Under the pieces are notes generated by a model. That model worked only from the letters and a program-made list of their open reading frames with translations, had not been told where the DNA came from and did not search any database. From contig CBDAPE010000019.1 in the NCBI GenBank assembly GCA_965198325.1, positions 75,284 through 139,283 on the forward strand: a stretch of DNA of 64,000 bases, read 5' to 3'. This document shows, piece after piece, positions 1 through 10,145 of the stretch. The translations under genes and the position numbers were made by a program. How positions within the stretch are numbered: position 1 is the stretch's first letter; every line of letters starts with the position of its first letter. Source of the DNA: Alphaproteobacteria bacterium. GTDB taxonomy: Bacteria > Pseudomonadota > Alphaproteobacteria > UBA828 > JAPUJA01.

Positions 1-982
1 CGGCGCGACCTCCGGGGACAGCCGCGTAACGCCTGACGTAAGCCTGCACCGCACCCGCCAGCATGACACCCGGCCGGTCGTTATCGGCGAAGACGAGCGG
101 GCGCTCGTGAGCGCCGGTTGCCAGAACGACCCGCTTGGCGTCGATGTGCCAGAGGCGTTGGCGTGCCAGCCCGGGTGCGGCGCCCGGCTCCAGATGATCC
201 GTTCGTCGCTCGAGCGTCGCCAGATGGTTGTGATCGTAATAGCCGAAGACGGTGGTGCGCGGCAGGAGCCGGACCTCCGCTGTAGAACTCAGCTCCGCAA
301 GCGTTTCCGTCGCCCAGCGCTCGGCCGGCGCGCCGTTCAGGGTCCGGTTCCGGGCAAGCAGGCTGCCGCCGATCTCCGCCTGCTCGTCGGCGAGTATGAC
401 ACGCGCACCCGAGCGCGCCGCGGCCAATGTGGCTGCAAGCCCCGCTGGCCCACCACCGACGATGAGAACGTCGCAATGGACATGCATCTTGTCGTAAATA
501 TCCGGATCGGGCCCTTCAGGCGTGCGGCCCAGCCCCGCCATGCGCCGGATCGCAGGCTCGTAGAGCCGCTGCCATAGAGCCGGAGGCCACATGAAAGTCT
601 TGTAATAGAAGCCGGCCGCAAACAGCTTGGCAAAGCGATTGTTTATCGCGCCGAAATCCCGCTCGACACTGGGCCAGGCGTTGACGCCACGGGCGATCAG
701 CCCGCCATAGAGCTCGACCTGCGTGGCGCGGAGATTGGGTTCGCTATAGGCACCCTCGGCGAGCTGCACGAGTGCCGCAGGTTCCTCCGCGCCCGCCGAG
801 AGAATGCCCCGGGGACGGTGATATTTGAAGCTGCGGCTGATCAGATGAACGCCGTTCGCGAGCAGGGCGGACGCGAGCGTATCGCCCGCGAAACCCACAT
901 AGCGACGGCCGTTGAAGGTGAAGCGAAGCGGCCGGTTCCGATCGATCCGCCCACCCTTGGGCATCCTGAAACCTGCGCCCAT
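1..982 (-). CDS. soxA: Sarcosine oxidase alpha subunit, N-terminal part (runs off left edge)
   Basis: Manual translation from ATG at 982: MGAGFRMPKGGRIDRNRPLRFTFNGRRYVGFAGDTLASALLANGVHLISRSFKYHRPRGI, the typical SoxA N-terminus; directly follows soxD. Confidence 0.93.
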   Translation of the reverse strand, partial: MGAGFRMPKGGRIDRNRPLRFTFNGRRYVGFAGDTLASALLANGVHLISRSFKYHRPRGILSAGAEEPAALVQLAEGAYSEPNLRATQVELYGGLIARGVNAWPSVERDFGAINNRFAKLFAAGFYYKTFMWPPALWQRLYEPAIRRMAGLGRTPEGPDPDIYDKMHVHCDVLIVGGGPAGLAATLAAARSGARVILADEQAEIGGSLLARNRTLNGAPAERWATETLAELSSTAEVRLLPRTTVFGYYDHNHLATLERRTDHLEPGAAPGLARQRLWHIDAKRVVLATGAHERPLVFADNDRPGVMLAGAVQAYVRRYAAVPGGRA

Positions 983-984
983 GT

Positions 985-1272
985 TCAGTCTCTCTCTCCG
1001 GGCCCGGGCGGCCTCTCGCCCATCCTGTAGACCGCCGCAATTTCGTGACTCACGGTATGGCGAAGGGTGTTGAACCAGCGCCGGCAGCCCTGGGCATGGA
1101 ACCATCGCTCCCGGTGCCAACCCTTGGGGTTATGTCGCATGAAGAGATAGTCGGCCCAGTCTTCATCGGACTGAGCATTGGGCTCCTCGGGGCGCACGAT
1201 ATGGGCCTCGCCGCCGCAACGGAACTCGGTTTCGGGCCGCGCGCCGCACCAGGGACAGGGGATCGTCAGCAT
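985..1272 (-). CDS. soxD: Sarcosine oxidase delta subunit
   Basis: MLTIPCPWCGARPETEF...HAQGCRRWFN Zn-binding CPxCG/HxxGC pattern; start trimmed from the 985..1503 ORF to ATG 1272. Confidence 0.95.
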   Translation of the reverse strand: MLTIPCPWCGARPETEFRCGGEAHIVRPEEPNAQSDEDWADYLFMRHNPKGWHRERWFHAQGCRRWFNTLRHTVSHEIAAVYRMGERPPGPGERD

Positions 1273-1285
1273 GGGTTCTGCGCTC

Positions 1286-2536
1286 CTAATGGGCCACGGC
1301 GGCCGCGCCGTGCTCGTCAACCAACGCGCCACTCGCAAACCGGTCGAGCGAGAACGCGGCATTGAGCGCGTGGGGCGCATCGTTGGCGATGGTGTGAGCG
1401 AAGACCCAGCCTGACCCCGGCGTCGCCTTGAAGCCTCCGGTACCCCACCCGCCGTTGATATAGAGCCCGTCGACGGGCGTCTGCGAGATGATCGGCGAAG
1501 CATCCGGGCAGACGTCGACGATGCCGCCCCAGCTTCGCATCATTCGAAGCCGGCTGAAGATCGGGAACAGCTCGATGATCGCCCCCATCTGCTCCTCGAT
1601 GACATGCAGGCCGCCCCGCTGGCCGTAGGAAATGAAGCCGTCGATGCCGGCACCGATGACGAGCTCGCCCTTGTCGGACTGACTGACATAAACATGCACA
1701 GCGTTCGACATGACGACCGTCGGCATGACGGGCTTCAGCGGCTCCGAGACCAGGGCCTGCAAGGGGTGACTCTCGATCGGCAGGCGGATGCCCGCCATCG
1801 CGGCCAGGACCGAGTTATGCCCGGCTGCTACGATGCCGACCTTCTTAGCCTGAACGGTGCCCCGGGTGGTCTCAACGCCGACGACCCGGCCCGCAACGAC
1901 GGTGATACCCGTCACCTCACAATTCTGGATGACGTCGACGCCCCTGGCGTCGGCGCCGCGTGCGAAGCCCCAGGCAACGGCATCGTGACGCGCCACGCCG
2001 CCCCGGCGTTGCAGGGTCGAGCCCATCACGGGATAACGCGCGCTTCTCGAGACGTCGATGATCGGACAGAACGCCTTGACCTGGGCGGCCGTGAGCCACT
2101 CCGCGTCGACGCCGTTGAGCCGGTTCGCGTTGATGCGCCGGGTCGCCTCCTGCACGTCGTGAACGGTGTGGCAAAGATTCATCACGCCACGCTGGCTCAG
2201 CATGACGTTGTAGTTGAGATCCCGGGACAGACCTTCCCAAAGTTTGAGCGAATGCTCGTAGATCGCTGCGCTCTCGTCCCACAGATAGTTGGAGCGGATA
2301 ATCGTCGTGTTTCGCCCGGTATTGCCGCCGCCCAGCCAGCCTTTCTCGAGCACCGCGATGTTCGTGATCCCGTGCAGCTTGGCGAGGTAATAGGCGGTTG
2401 CCAGGCCGTGACCGCCGGCGCCGATGATGACCGCGTCGTAGACCGGCTTGGGCTCGGGATTGCGCCACTGGGGGCTCCAGCCCTCGTTATGGCCGAGCGC
2501 ATTACGCGCCAGGCTGAAGATCGAAAATTTGGTCAT
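1286..2536 (-). CDS. soxB: Sarcosine oxidase beta subunit (FAD)
   Basis: [17 protein letters not shown] motif, [31 protein letters not shown]; soxBDA order. Confidence 0.96.
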   Translation of the reverse strand: MTKFSIFSLARNALGHNEGWSPQWRNPEPKPVYDAVIIGAGGHGLATAYYLAKLHGITNIAVLEKGWLGGGNTGRNTTIIRSNYLWDESAAIYEHSLKLWEGLSRDLNYNVMLSQRGVMNLCHTVHDVQEATRRINANRLNGVDAEWLTAAQVKAFCPIIDVSRSARYPVMGSTLQRRGGVARHDAVAWGFARGADARGVDVIQNCEVTGITVVAGRVVGVETTRGTVQAKKVGIVAAGHNSVLAAMAGIRLPIESHPLQALVSEPLKPVMPTVVMSNAVHVYVSQSDKGELVIGAGIDGFISYGQRGGLHVIEEQMGAIIELFPIFSRLRMMRSWGGIVDVCPDASPIISQTPVDGLYINGGWGTGGFKATPGSGWVFAHTIANDAPHALNAAFSLDRFASGALVDEHGAAAVAH

Positions 2537-2650
2537 CGCAGTCCAATTGTCGTTACGCGGTGAATGAGAAAAGCGCGCGGGACTCTGGCTAACCCGCCCG
2601 CCGCTTGCAAGAGGAAACGGGCGAGTCAGCGTCCAGGCGCAGTTTCGCGA

Positions 2651-4450
2651 TCAGGCGCCGTCAGCTGTTCTGAGCGCTTCGGTCGCGAGGCCGTCGACTG
2701 CCAGGCTGTCGGGGTCGAGAACCACGCCGTAGAGTTCTTTTGCATCCTCGATCGTAATCAGCTCGTTGACGACGTCGTCCACAACCAGCGCGGGGTCGCG
2801 CTCGAAGGGGTTGCCGTAGCCGCCGCCCCCGGCGGTCCGGTGGCTGAGCAAAGTGCCGGCCGGAATCGAGACTGCACTTTTTTGGATGTAACGGGCCTCC
2901 TTGTCGGTTCCGGGATCGACAACCAGCTCGCTGCCACCTCCGGGTTGACCGCCAAACAAGCCATAGGGCGGGTATTTGTTGCGATCCAGCGCAATCGTGA
3001 ACTGCCCGGGGATCGTGATGTGGTAGTCGTAGATGATCCCGTACCCGCCGCGATGTTTGCCGGCGCCCGCCGAGCGTTCCTGCAGCTCGTAGCGCTCGGC
3101 AATGAGCGCCGGGAACTTAGTCTCCATGACCTCGATGGGGATGTTGTAGTTGTCTCCGCTGCCGAGTGAGACCATCGCCGTATTGCCATCGGCCTTTGCG
3201 CGCCCGCCCCAGCCGCCGGCGCCGCACCAGAAATGAACGAACTCCTGGCTGCTCTTGGGATCCTGACCCGAGATCGTCATGCAGCTAAAGCAGCCGAAGG
3301 TGCCCCCAATCACCTCACCGGGCAGCACGTCGGCCAGAGCTTGGAGAATGAGTTCGATCAGCCGTGTTCCGACGTCGCCCATACCTGTGGTGACCGGCGC
3401 AGGGTGCTGGGGCCGGAACACCGAACCGGGCTCGGCCGTGATGTGAATTGGCCGGTAGGAGCCCTCGTTGGCACCCAGCGACGTGTCGGCCAGGAACATG
3501 ATGGTCTCGCGCGACATCGAAACCGTATTGACCCAATGGCAATTTCCCGATGCGCCGTTACGCTGCCCGGCGCTGCCCGTGAAATCAATCGTGATATCGC
3601 TTCCCTCGACGGTGACGGCGACACAGATCGGGATCGGCTCGTCGCTTACGCCGTCGGCATCGGAAAATCCGGACGCCTCGTAAACCCCGTCGGGGACCTT
3701 CTCGATCGCCGCGCGGGTGATGCGCTCGCCATGATCGAGCAGGGCGTCGACCGCCCGATTCAGAAGCTGGGCACTGTTCTTCTCGAGCCAGGCGTGGGCC
3801 CGGATCTCGGCCGTCTTGCCGGCCGCGATCTGGGCCGCCAGGTCGCCCCGGGAGAGATGGGGCACGCGCATGTTGGAGAACAGAATTTCCTGGATTTCGC
3901 CGTTCATCTTGCCGGCGTCGGCGAGCTTGACCGGCGGAATGCTGATGCCCTCCTGATAGGTGTTTTGGGCGTCCGACGACCAGCTGCCGGGATCCTTGCC
4001 GCCAATGTCGAGATGGTGGGCCTTGTTCGCCGCCAGCATGACGAGCGCGCCCTCCCAGAATACGGGCATGACGATATTGATATCGTTCTTGTGGGTGCCC
4101 CCGCCGGTGTAGGGATCGTTCGACATGTAGATATCGCCGGGCTTCATTGCCGAGAGCGGAAAACGATCGGTGATCGCCTCGATGACGAAATTCATGCTGC
4201 CGTTGAAGATCGGGATACCCTCGGCCTGAGCAATCAGCCGGCCCTGGCCATCGAACAGCACGCATGAAAAATCGTGCACCTCGCGAATGATGGTGGAATA
4301 GGAGGTCCGGCCTAGGGTAATCGTCATTTCGTGGACGATCGAATTGAGCCCTGCGCGCACGACCTCGAGGGTCACGGCGTCGATCGTGCCGCCGCCCGAT
4401 CCATCGGTCTCCGTTTTCCCTGCCGCCATCACTGCCTCCTTGCCCGTCAT
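2651..4450 (-). CDS. Hydantoinase B / oxoprolinase family subunit (HyuB-like), copy 1
   Basis: RTSYSTIIREVHDFSC, SNDPYTGGGTHKND, HHLDIGG, TAGGGGYGNP motifs; overlaps stop of the A subunit. Confidence 0.9.
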   Translation of the reverse strand: MTGKEAVMAAGKTETDGSGGGTIDAVTLEVVRAGLNSIVHEMTITLGRTSYSTIIREVHDFSCVLFDGQGRLIAQAEGIPIFNGSMNFVIEAITDRFPLSAMKPGDIYMSNDPYTGGGTHKNDINIVMPVFWEGALVMLAANKAHHLDIGGKDPGSWSSDAQNTYQEGISIPPVKLADAGKMNGEIQEILFSNMRVPHLSRGDLAAQIAAGKTAEIRAHAWLEKNSAQLLNRAVDALLDHGERITRAAIEKVPDGVYEASGFSDADGVSDEPIPICVAVTVEGSDITIDFTGSAGQRNGASGNCHWVNTVSMSRETIMFLADTSLGANEGSYRPIHITAEPGSVFRPQHPAPVTTGMGDVGTRLIELILQALADVLPGEVIGGTFGCFSCMTISGQDPKSSQEFVHFWCGAGGWGGRAKADGNTAMVSLGSGDNYNIPIEVMETKFPALIAERYELQERSAGAGKHRGGYGIIYDYHITIPGQFTIALDRNKYPPYGLFGGQPGGGSELVVDPGTDKEARYIQKSAVSIPAGTLLSHRTAGGGGYGNPFERDPALVVDDVVNELITIEDAKELYGVVLDPDSLAVDGLATEALRTADGA

Positions 4451-6519
4451 GCTCTCTCGCGCTCTTCGATGAGCAGATTTCGAAACTTGTCCACGCTCGC
4501 CTGCTGCCCCGCAAGCACCACCGTCGTCGCCCGCGGATCCTCGATCACGGCGGGCCCGGCGATCACGTCGCCTGGCCGGAGCGATTCGACGAAATAAATC
4601 GGCGTGTCGATTTCCTCACCCTCGAACCAGACACCTCGCCGGTTGCTGGGCTCGAGCGGCTTGTCGGGACCCTTGCGGGGCGCGTATTCCGGCAGGGCCG
4701 GACGGTCCATCCGGCCGATCGCGCTGACTCTTAAATTTACGACCTCGACCGGAAACTCTGACGTCGCATAGCCGTATAGTTTTTCGTGGATTGCGCTGAA
4801 ATCCTTCTGGATCCTCGACGCATCGAAGGTGCCGGCCTCGATGGGAACGTTCAGGTAATACTCCTGACCGATATAGCGGACATCGAGGCCGTGCCGGGAC
4901 TCGCAATCCGCCTCGGCCATGCCTTCCACGATCAAACGACCGCGCACGTCCTGTTCCATTCCCGCCATAAGCCGGCCGATTTCGGGGAAATCGGCGTCGG
5001 CGAGGGCGCGCACATGGGTGCGCGAGGCGTCGTAGCGAAAGTCGGTCGCGAGCATGCCGATCGCCGAGAGCGCACCGGGGTTGTTCGGAACGACCGCCCG
5101 GGGCACGTCGCCCGTCCGCAGCAGATGGCCCGCGACCAAGCCACCCGCGCCGCCAAACGCCATGAGCACGAAGTCCCGGGGATCCTGGCCGCGCGCAACG
5201 AGGATGGACCACATCGCCTTGGACATGTTGGTCGAGACGACCTTGATGATGCCTTCGGCCGCCGCCTCGACGGTCATGCCCAGGGGGTCGGCAATCGTCT
5301 CCTTTATGGCCGTTCGCGCACCTGCCGTATCGAGACTCATTTCGCCACCCAGGAAATAATCGGGATCGAGCCGGCCCAGCACCAGGCAGGCATCCGAGAC
5401 AGTCGGCTGCTCGCCGCCTCGGCCGTAGCACACCGGTCCGGGCTCGGCGCCCGCACTCTGGGGCCCGACCCGGAGCGCGCCGCCCTCGTCAAGCCAGGCG
5501 ATCGAGCCGCCTCCTGCGCCGATTGCGAGAATCTCGATCATCGGGGCGAGGATCGGCCACATGTGGACATCGCTCTCGTCGACCGTGATCGCCCGGCCCT
5601 CGGCGATGACGCCCATGTCGCTGCTGGTTCCGCCCATGTCGATGGTCACGACATTATCGCGACCGATCGCCTTCGAGAGATAGAGCCCGCCCATGACGCC
5701 GCCGCTCGGCCCCGACATCACCGTGCGAACCGGAAATTCTCGCGCCGCGTTCGCGGTGATGACGCCGCCGTTCGACTGCATGACATAGAGGTCGCGCCGC
5801 AGGCCCCGCTCGGTAAGCTCGCCGGTCAGGCGATCGAGATAGGACGAAATGATCGGCGTTGTCGCGGCGTTGATACAAGCGGTCGAGGTGCGCTCGAACT
5901 CGCGGACTTCGCTTGCGACGTCCGACGACAGGCAGACCACTATGTCAGGGTGCATTTCGGCGATAATCGTTCGGATCCGGCGCTCGTGATCGGAGTTTGC
6001 ATAGGAGTGAAGCAGGCAGACGGCGACCGCATCGACCCCGGCGTCGTGGATCCTGTCCACCGCCGCGCACACACTCGCGTCGTCGAGGTCGCGCACCACC
6101 GTGCCGTCGAAGCGCACCCGTTCATCGACCTCGAAGCGCAGCCGGCGGGGGATAAGCGGCGCCGGTTTGACGTATTTCATGTCGTACATAAAGGGGTTGT
6201 TGGTGCGCATGATTTCGAGAACGTCGCGAAATCCACGGGTCGTGATGATCGCCGTCTTGGGCAATTTGCGCTGAATCAGGGCGTTGAGCACCACGGTCGC
6301 GCCGTGGACGAAATAATCCACCTCGCCGAGCGTGATCGCCCGACCCGGTCCACGCTCACCGCTTGCTTCTTCAAGGATACGGGTCACGCCGGTCAGCACA
6401 CCGTCCTTGAAGTCTTTCGGAGTCGACGATGTCTTTTGGACATGAAGCTGTCCATCGTCGTCGAGCAGGACGAGGTCCGTGAACGTTCCGCCGATATCGG
6501 CTGAGAGTCGCGCGCCCAT
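4447..6519 (-). CDS. Hydantoinase A / oxoprolinase family ATP-binding subunit (HyuA-like), copy 1
   Basis: DIGGTFTD, SGPSGG, DMGGTSSD, IGAGGGS, GPQSAGAEPGP, AFGGAG motifs. Confidence 0.92.
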   Translation of the reverse strand: MGARLSADIGGTFTDLVLLDDDGQLHVQKTSSTPKDFKDGVLTGVTRILEEASGERGPGRAITLGEVDYFVHGATVVLNALIQRKLPKTAIITTRGFRDVLEIMRTNNPFMYDMKYVKPAPLIPRRLRFEVDERVRFDGTVVRDLDDASVCAAVDRIHDAGVDAVAVCLLHSYANSDHERRIRTIIAEMHPDIVVCLSSDVASEVREFERTSTACINAATTPIISSYLDRLTGELTERGLRRDLYVMQSNGGVITANAAREFPVRTVMSGPSGGVMGGLYLSKAIGRDNVVTIDMGGTSSDMGVIAEGRAITVDESDVHMWPILAPMIEILAIGAGGGSIAWLDEGGALRVGPQSAGAEPGPVCYGRGGEQPTVSDACLVLGRLDPDYFLGGEMSLDTAGARTAIKETIADPLGMTVEAAAEGIIKVVSTNMSKAMWSILVARGQDPRDFVLMAFGGAGGLVAGHLLRTGDVPRAVVPNNPGALSAIGMLATDFRYDASRTHVRALADADFPEIGRLMAGMEQDVRGRLIVEGMAEADCESRHGLDVRYIGQEYYLNVPIEAGTFDASRIQKDFSAIHEKLYGYATSEFPVEVVNLRVSAIGRMDRPALPEYAPRKGPDKPLEPSNRRGVWFEGEEIDTPIYFVESLRPGDVIAGPAVIEDPRATTVVLAGQQASVDKFRNLLIEERERA

Positions 6520-6563
6520 CGCCGTTTGCTCCCTTCCAGCTCCGTCTTACCCCTGGCCCGGGC

Positions 6564-7796
6564 TCAGTCGGGCCGCCAGACTTCCTGCAACGTGCCGCTG
6601 TCATCGACTACGAGCACGCCACGCGGGAAGGTATTGAGATTCTCGATTCCGTCCTTGGTGATCCGGCAGATATCGTGATGACGGAAGCCGCCCAGCCCGT
6701 CGACATTCGTCATGGGCTCCATGGTGACGATCATATTTTCCTGCAGCACAGTATCATTGAACTGTCGCAGCTCGCCGCCTTCCTCGCGGCCATACCAGAA
6801 GGTCATGATGCCGACTGAATGACCCGATCCGAACGAGCGGCCCTCAAGCAATCCGGCCTCTTCATAGATCGGGTTGATCGCCGCGTCCACGTCGGAGCAT
6901 TTGATGCCGGCGCGCAAGGTCTCGAGTCCCTTGTGATGGACCCTGACGTTGTTCTTGAAGATCTCCAGCGCGTCGTCCGGGATATGGCCCCAATAGAGAC
7001 TGCGCTCGAGGACATGGTAATAGCAGGCGAGGATGCAATAGGGGTTGAGGCTCAACATCTCGCCCTTCTGAACCTCGCGGTGGGCGTTCATGATATGGCC
7101 GACGCGGCTCCGATAGGGACCGGTCTGAAACCAGGTCATGTTCATGTTGTCGACTTCGATGTCCGGAAACCGCTTGCGCAGCTCGTCCTCAATGGCGCTG
7201 TTCGACGCTCGCGCGACCTCGACCTCGGTCACGCCGGGCTTCAGCGCGTCGATTGCGGCATAACCGCCGACCTCGCAGAGCTCGACGCCGTGGCGGATGA
7301 TCGAGACCTCCTCGTCGGACTTGATCAGTCTCTTGCGCATGGTCGGGGTACCGACATCCGCCCACTCGAAGCCTGGTAGGCGCTCGTCGAGCAGGCGCTT
7401 CACGGCGACGGGGCAGACATCTTCCTCGTAGCCCAGCCGCCCGCTCTTGATGCTGTTGTCGGCGAGAACCTCCTTGAGAAGCCGGATGTTGTTGTCGATC
7501 GGGTTCATCTCCCAATCGTGGAACAGGCGGATATCCTTGTAGTAGCAACAGAGCGCCGGGCGCTGGTCCTCGATCAGCGAGACGATCAGCGCCGGTTCGC
7601 CGTGGCGCGGGATTACCGCTGAATGAAGCCGGCCGTAGGGCGGGCAATAGAAACCGGTGTAGTAGACGACGTTGTGGACCGACGTGAGAAAGACGGCCTC
7701 GAAGCCCATCTCGTCCATCAGCGAGTGAAGGTTGGTCAACCGTCGCCGCATCTCCTCGATCGACCAGATTTTCTGGGTCGCGATGGTTTCCGTCAT
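6564..7796 (-). CDS. Creatinase-like M24-fold amidinohydrolase
   Basis: Creatinase-type segments PYGR, VGHIM, YYHVLERS, GSGHSVG, WYGREEGGELR, TMEPM; heads the operon ending in soxBDA. Confidence 0.8.
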   Translation of the reverse strand: MTETIATQKIWSIEEMRRRLTNLHSLMDEMGFEAVFLTSVHNVVYYTGFYCPPYGRLHSAVIPRHGEPALIVSLIEDQRPALCCYYKDIRLFHDWEMNPIDNNIRLLKEVLADNSIKSGRLGYEEDVCPVAVKRLLDERLPGFEWADVGTPTMRKRLIKSDEEVSIIRHGVELCEVGGYAAIDALKPGVTEVEVARASNSAIEDELRKRFPDIEVDNMNMTWFQTGPYRSRVGHIMNAHREVQKGEMLSLNPYCILACYYHVLERSLYWGHIPDDALEIFKNNVRVHHKGLETLRAGIKCSDVDAAINPIYEEAGLLEGRSFGSGHSVGIMTFWYGREEGGELRQFNDTVLQENMIVTMEPMTNVDGLGGFRHHDICRITKDGIENLNTFPRGVLVVDDSGTLQEVWRPD

Positions 7797-7980
7797 TTTG
7801 CCTCCCGTCTTCCAACTGGTTCGGCCAGAGCCCCGAAGAATGGCGCTTCCCGAGCGCCTTCGGCCTGAGTCCTAGCATGGGAGCTTTCATCAGCGAAATT
7901 CAATTTGTTAATATTTATATTTACGTTGCCAATGGAATTGGAGTCACGGTGGTGGGACGCTCGCGGTTGCCTGAATTTGA

Positions 7981-8009
7981 TTGACATACATCATCGAAAA
8001 TCCTAAAGT
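7981..8009 (+). promoter_or_regulatory. Sigma70-like promoter upstream of hydantoinase-2/xdh operon
   Basis: TTGACA (7981-7986), 17 nt, TAAAGT (8004-8009) in an AT-rich divergent intergenic region. Confidence 0.55.
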
Positions 8010-8093
8010 CAAAAAAATGAATATCGTATCCGAATATGGGATGTGTCGTGAAATCCGCAGTCTTCGCGAACCATCGAGAGGACATCGGCAACC

Positions 8094-10145
8094 ATGAGTA
8101 TGCGAATTGCGATCGATACAGGGGGCACGTTCACGGACGTGGTCGCGATCGACGAGGACACCGGCAACCAGTATGCCGTGAAGACCCCGAGCACGCCGTC
8201 AGACCCCAGCATCGGCCTGCTCGACGGAGTCCACAAGGCGACGGCCGTGGCCGGCAAGAGCGAGCGTGACGTCGTCCAGCTGCTGCACGGTTCGACGACC
8301 GCGACGAACGCCGTTTTGGAGCACAAGTTCGAAGGCCTCGGATTGATTGTGACCCAAGGCTTTCGCCAGATCATCGAGATCGCGCGCCAATCGGTTCCCG
8401 ATGGCTATGGCAATTCCTTCTTCTGGGTCAAGCCGCCGCGCCTCGTACCACTCCATCTGGTCCGTGAGGCGCCCGGGCGGATGACCCACGAGGGTGCGGA
8501 AATCGCCGCCCTCGACGAACAGGCGGTGCTCGATGGGGTCGACGAATTGGCTGAGTTGGGCGTGCGCTGCATCGCCGTCTGCCTGCTGCATTCCTATGCC
8601 AACGACGCGCACGAACGCAGGATCGGCGAGCTCGTCGCCGAACGCCACCCCGACCTCTTCGTCTCGCTTTCCTCGGTCGTCTTGCCCGAATACCGGGAAT
8701 ATGAACGCGCCATGACGACGCTCGTCGACGTGCTGGTCAAACCTTACTGCAAGACCTATCTGCAGCACGCCGGCGATCAAGTCCGCGCCGAAGCCGGAGA
8801 CGTTCCATTTCTGATCATGCAGTCGAACGGCGGCGTCGTGAAGCACGCGACAGCGGGCGAGCGGCCCGTCACCATGCTGCTCTCGGGACCGGCCGCGGGC
8901 GTGCTCGGCGCCATCCACATGTCCAGGCTTGCGGGCTTCGACGACATCCTCACCCTCGACGTCGGCGGCACCTCGACGGACGTCTCGCTGGTCGAAAAAC
9001 TCAAGCCCCAGATGACCAGTCATTCGCTGGTCGAGCACTATCCGGTCAAGACCCCGATGCTCGACATCGCGACCGTGGGAACTGGTGGCGGCTCGCTCGC
9101 CTGGGTCGACGATTACGGCGCGTTGAAGGTCGGCCCCAAGAGCGCCGGCGCCGACCCGGGCCCGATCTGTTACGACCGGAGGGGCACCCAGCCGACTGTG
9201 ACCGACGCGGCCGTGGTGCTGGGCAGGCTGCCGGGTGCCCTGGTTGGCGGCGAGCTAGCGCTCGATGCGGTGGCGGCGCGAACCGCATTCACCGAACTCG
9301 GCCAGCGCTTCGACCTGTCGCCCGAGGAAACCGCGGCCGGCGTGTTCGAAATCGCGGCGGCCAACCAGGTTCATGGAATTCGCCAGGTCACGACCACCCG
9401 GGGCCGCGATCCCGGCCTCTATACCCTGGTGGCGTTCGGCGGCGCCGGCGGCATGTTCGCGGCGGACGTCGCGGATTTCCTCGATATCCGGCGTGTGCTC
9501 TCACCACCCAACCCGGGCAATTTGTCCGCCTACGGCCTGCATGTCTCGGATATCAAGCGCGACTACATCCGGACCCTGGTCCGCCAGGAGTCGACCGCGG
9601 ACACGGCCGAGATCGATCGCACCTGGTTGGACCTCGAACAGGTCGGCCGGGACGAGGTGATGGCCGAGGGCGTACCCGAGGACAAGGTCGAACTTCACCG
9701 CACCGCCGACGTTCGCTATGTGGGCGAAGGCCATGAGGTCCCGGTCGAGATTCCTCCCGGCATGACAGGTCCGGAGGCCATTGCGGCGATGTGGTCGGCC
9801 TTCCACCGGGTCCATGAGGAGACTTTTGGCTTCGAATATGACGGGAAACAGGACGTGGAGCTGGTCAATCTCCGCGTCCAAGCAATCGGCCAAGTCCACC
9901 GCCCGGAGGTTCTCGAAAAGCCCGACACCGGGCGCCCGGCCGAGCCGGTCGCCACGCGGCCCGTGTTCTGGCGGGATCACGGCTGGATCGACTGCCCGAT
10001 CTACCGGCGTGACGATCTTAATCCGGAGACCCAGCTAATCGGCCCGTTGATCGCCGAGGAATACGGCTCGACCGTCGTCGTCCCCGCGAACTGGTCCGTC
10101 GCGTGCGATCGCTTCGGAAATCTTGTATTGGAGAAGGTGCAATGA
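8094..10145 (+). CDS. Hydantoinase A / oxoprolinase family subunit, copy 2
   Basis: DTGGTFTD, SGPAAG, DVGGTSTD, GTGGGS, GPKSAGADPGP, AFGGAG. Confidence 0.92.
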   Translation: MSMRIAIDTGGTFTDVVAIDEDTGNQYAVKTPSTPSDPSIGLLDGVHKATAVAGKSERDVVQLLHGSTTATNAVLEHKFEGLGLIVTQGFRQIIEIARQSVPDGYGNSFFWVKPPRLVPLHLVREAPGRMTHEGAEIAALDEQAVLDGVDELAELGVRCIAVCLLHSYANDAHERRIGELVAERHPDLFVSLSSVVLPEYREYERAMTTLVDVLVKPYCKTYLQHAGDQVRAEAGDVPFLIMQSNGGVVKHATAGERPVTMLLSGPAAGVLGAIHMSRLAGFDDILTLDVGGTSTDVSLVEKLKPQMTSHSLVEHYPVKTPMLDIATVGTGGGSLAWVDDYGALKVGPKSAGADPGPICYDRRGTQPTVTDAAVVLGRLPGALVGGELALDAVAARTAFTELGQRFDLSPEETAAGVFEIAAANQVHGIRQVTTTRGRDPGLYTLVAFGGAGGMFAADVADFLDIRRVLSPPNPGNLSAYGLHVSDIKRDYIRTLVRQESTADTAEIDRTWLDLEQVGRDEVMAEGVPEDKVELHRTADVRYVGEGHEVPVEIPPGMTGPEAIAAMWSAFHRVHEETFGFEYDGKQDVELVNLRVQAIGQVHRPEVLEKPDTGRPAEPVATRPVFWRDHGWIDCPIYRRDDLNPETQLIGPLIAEEYGSTVVVPANWSVACDRFGNLVLEKVQ

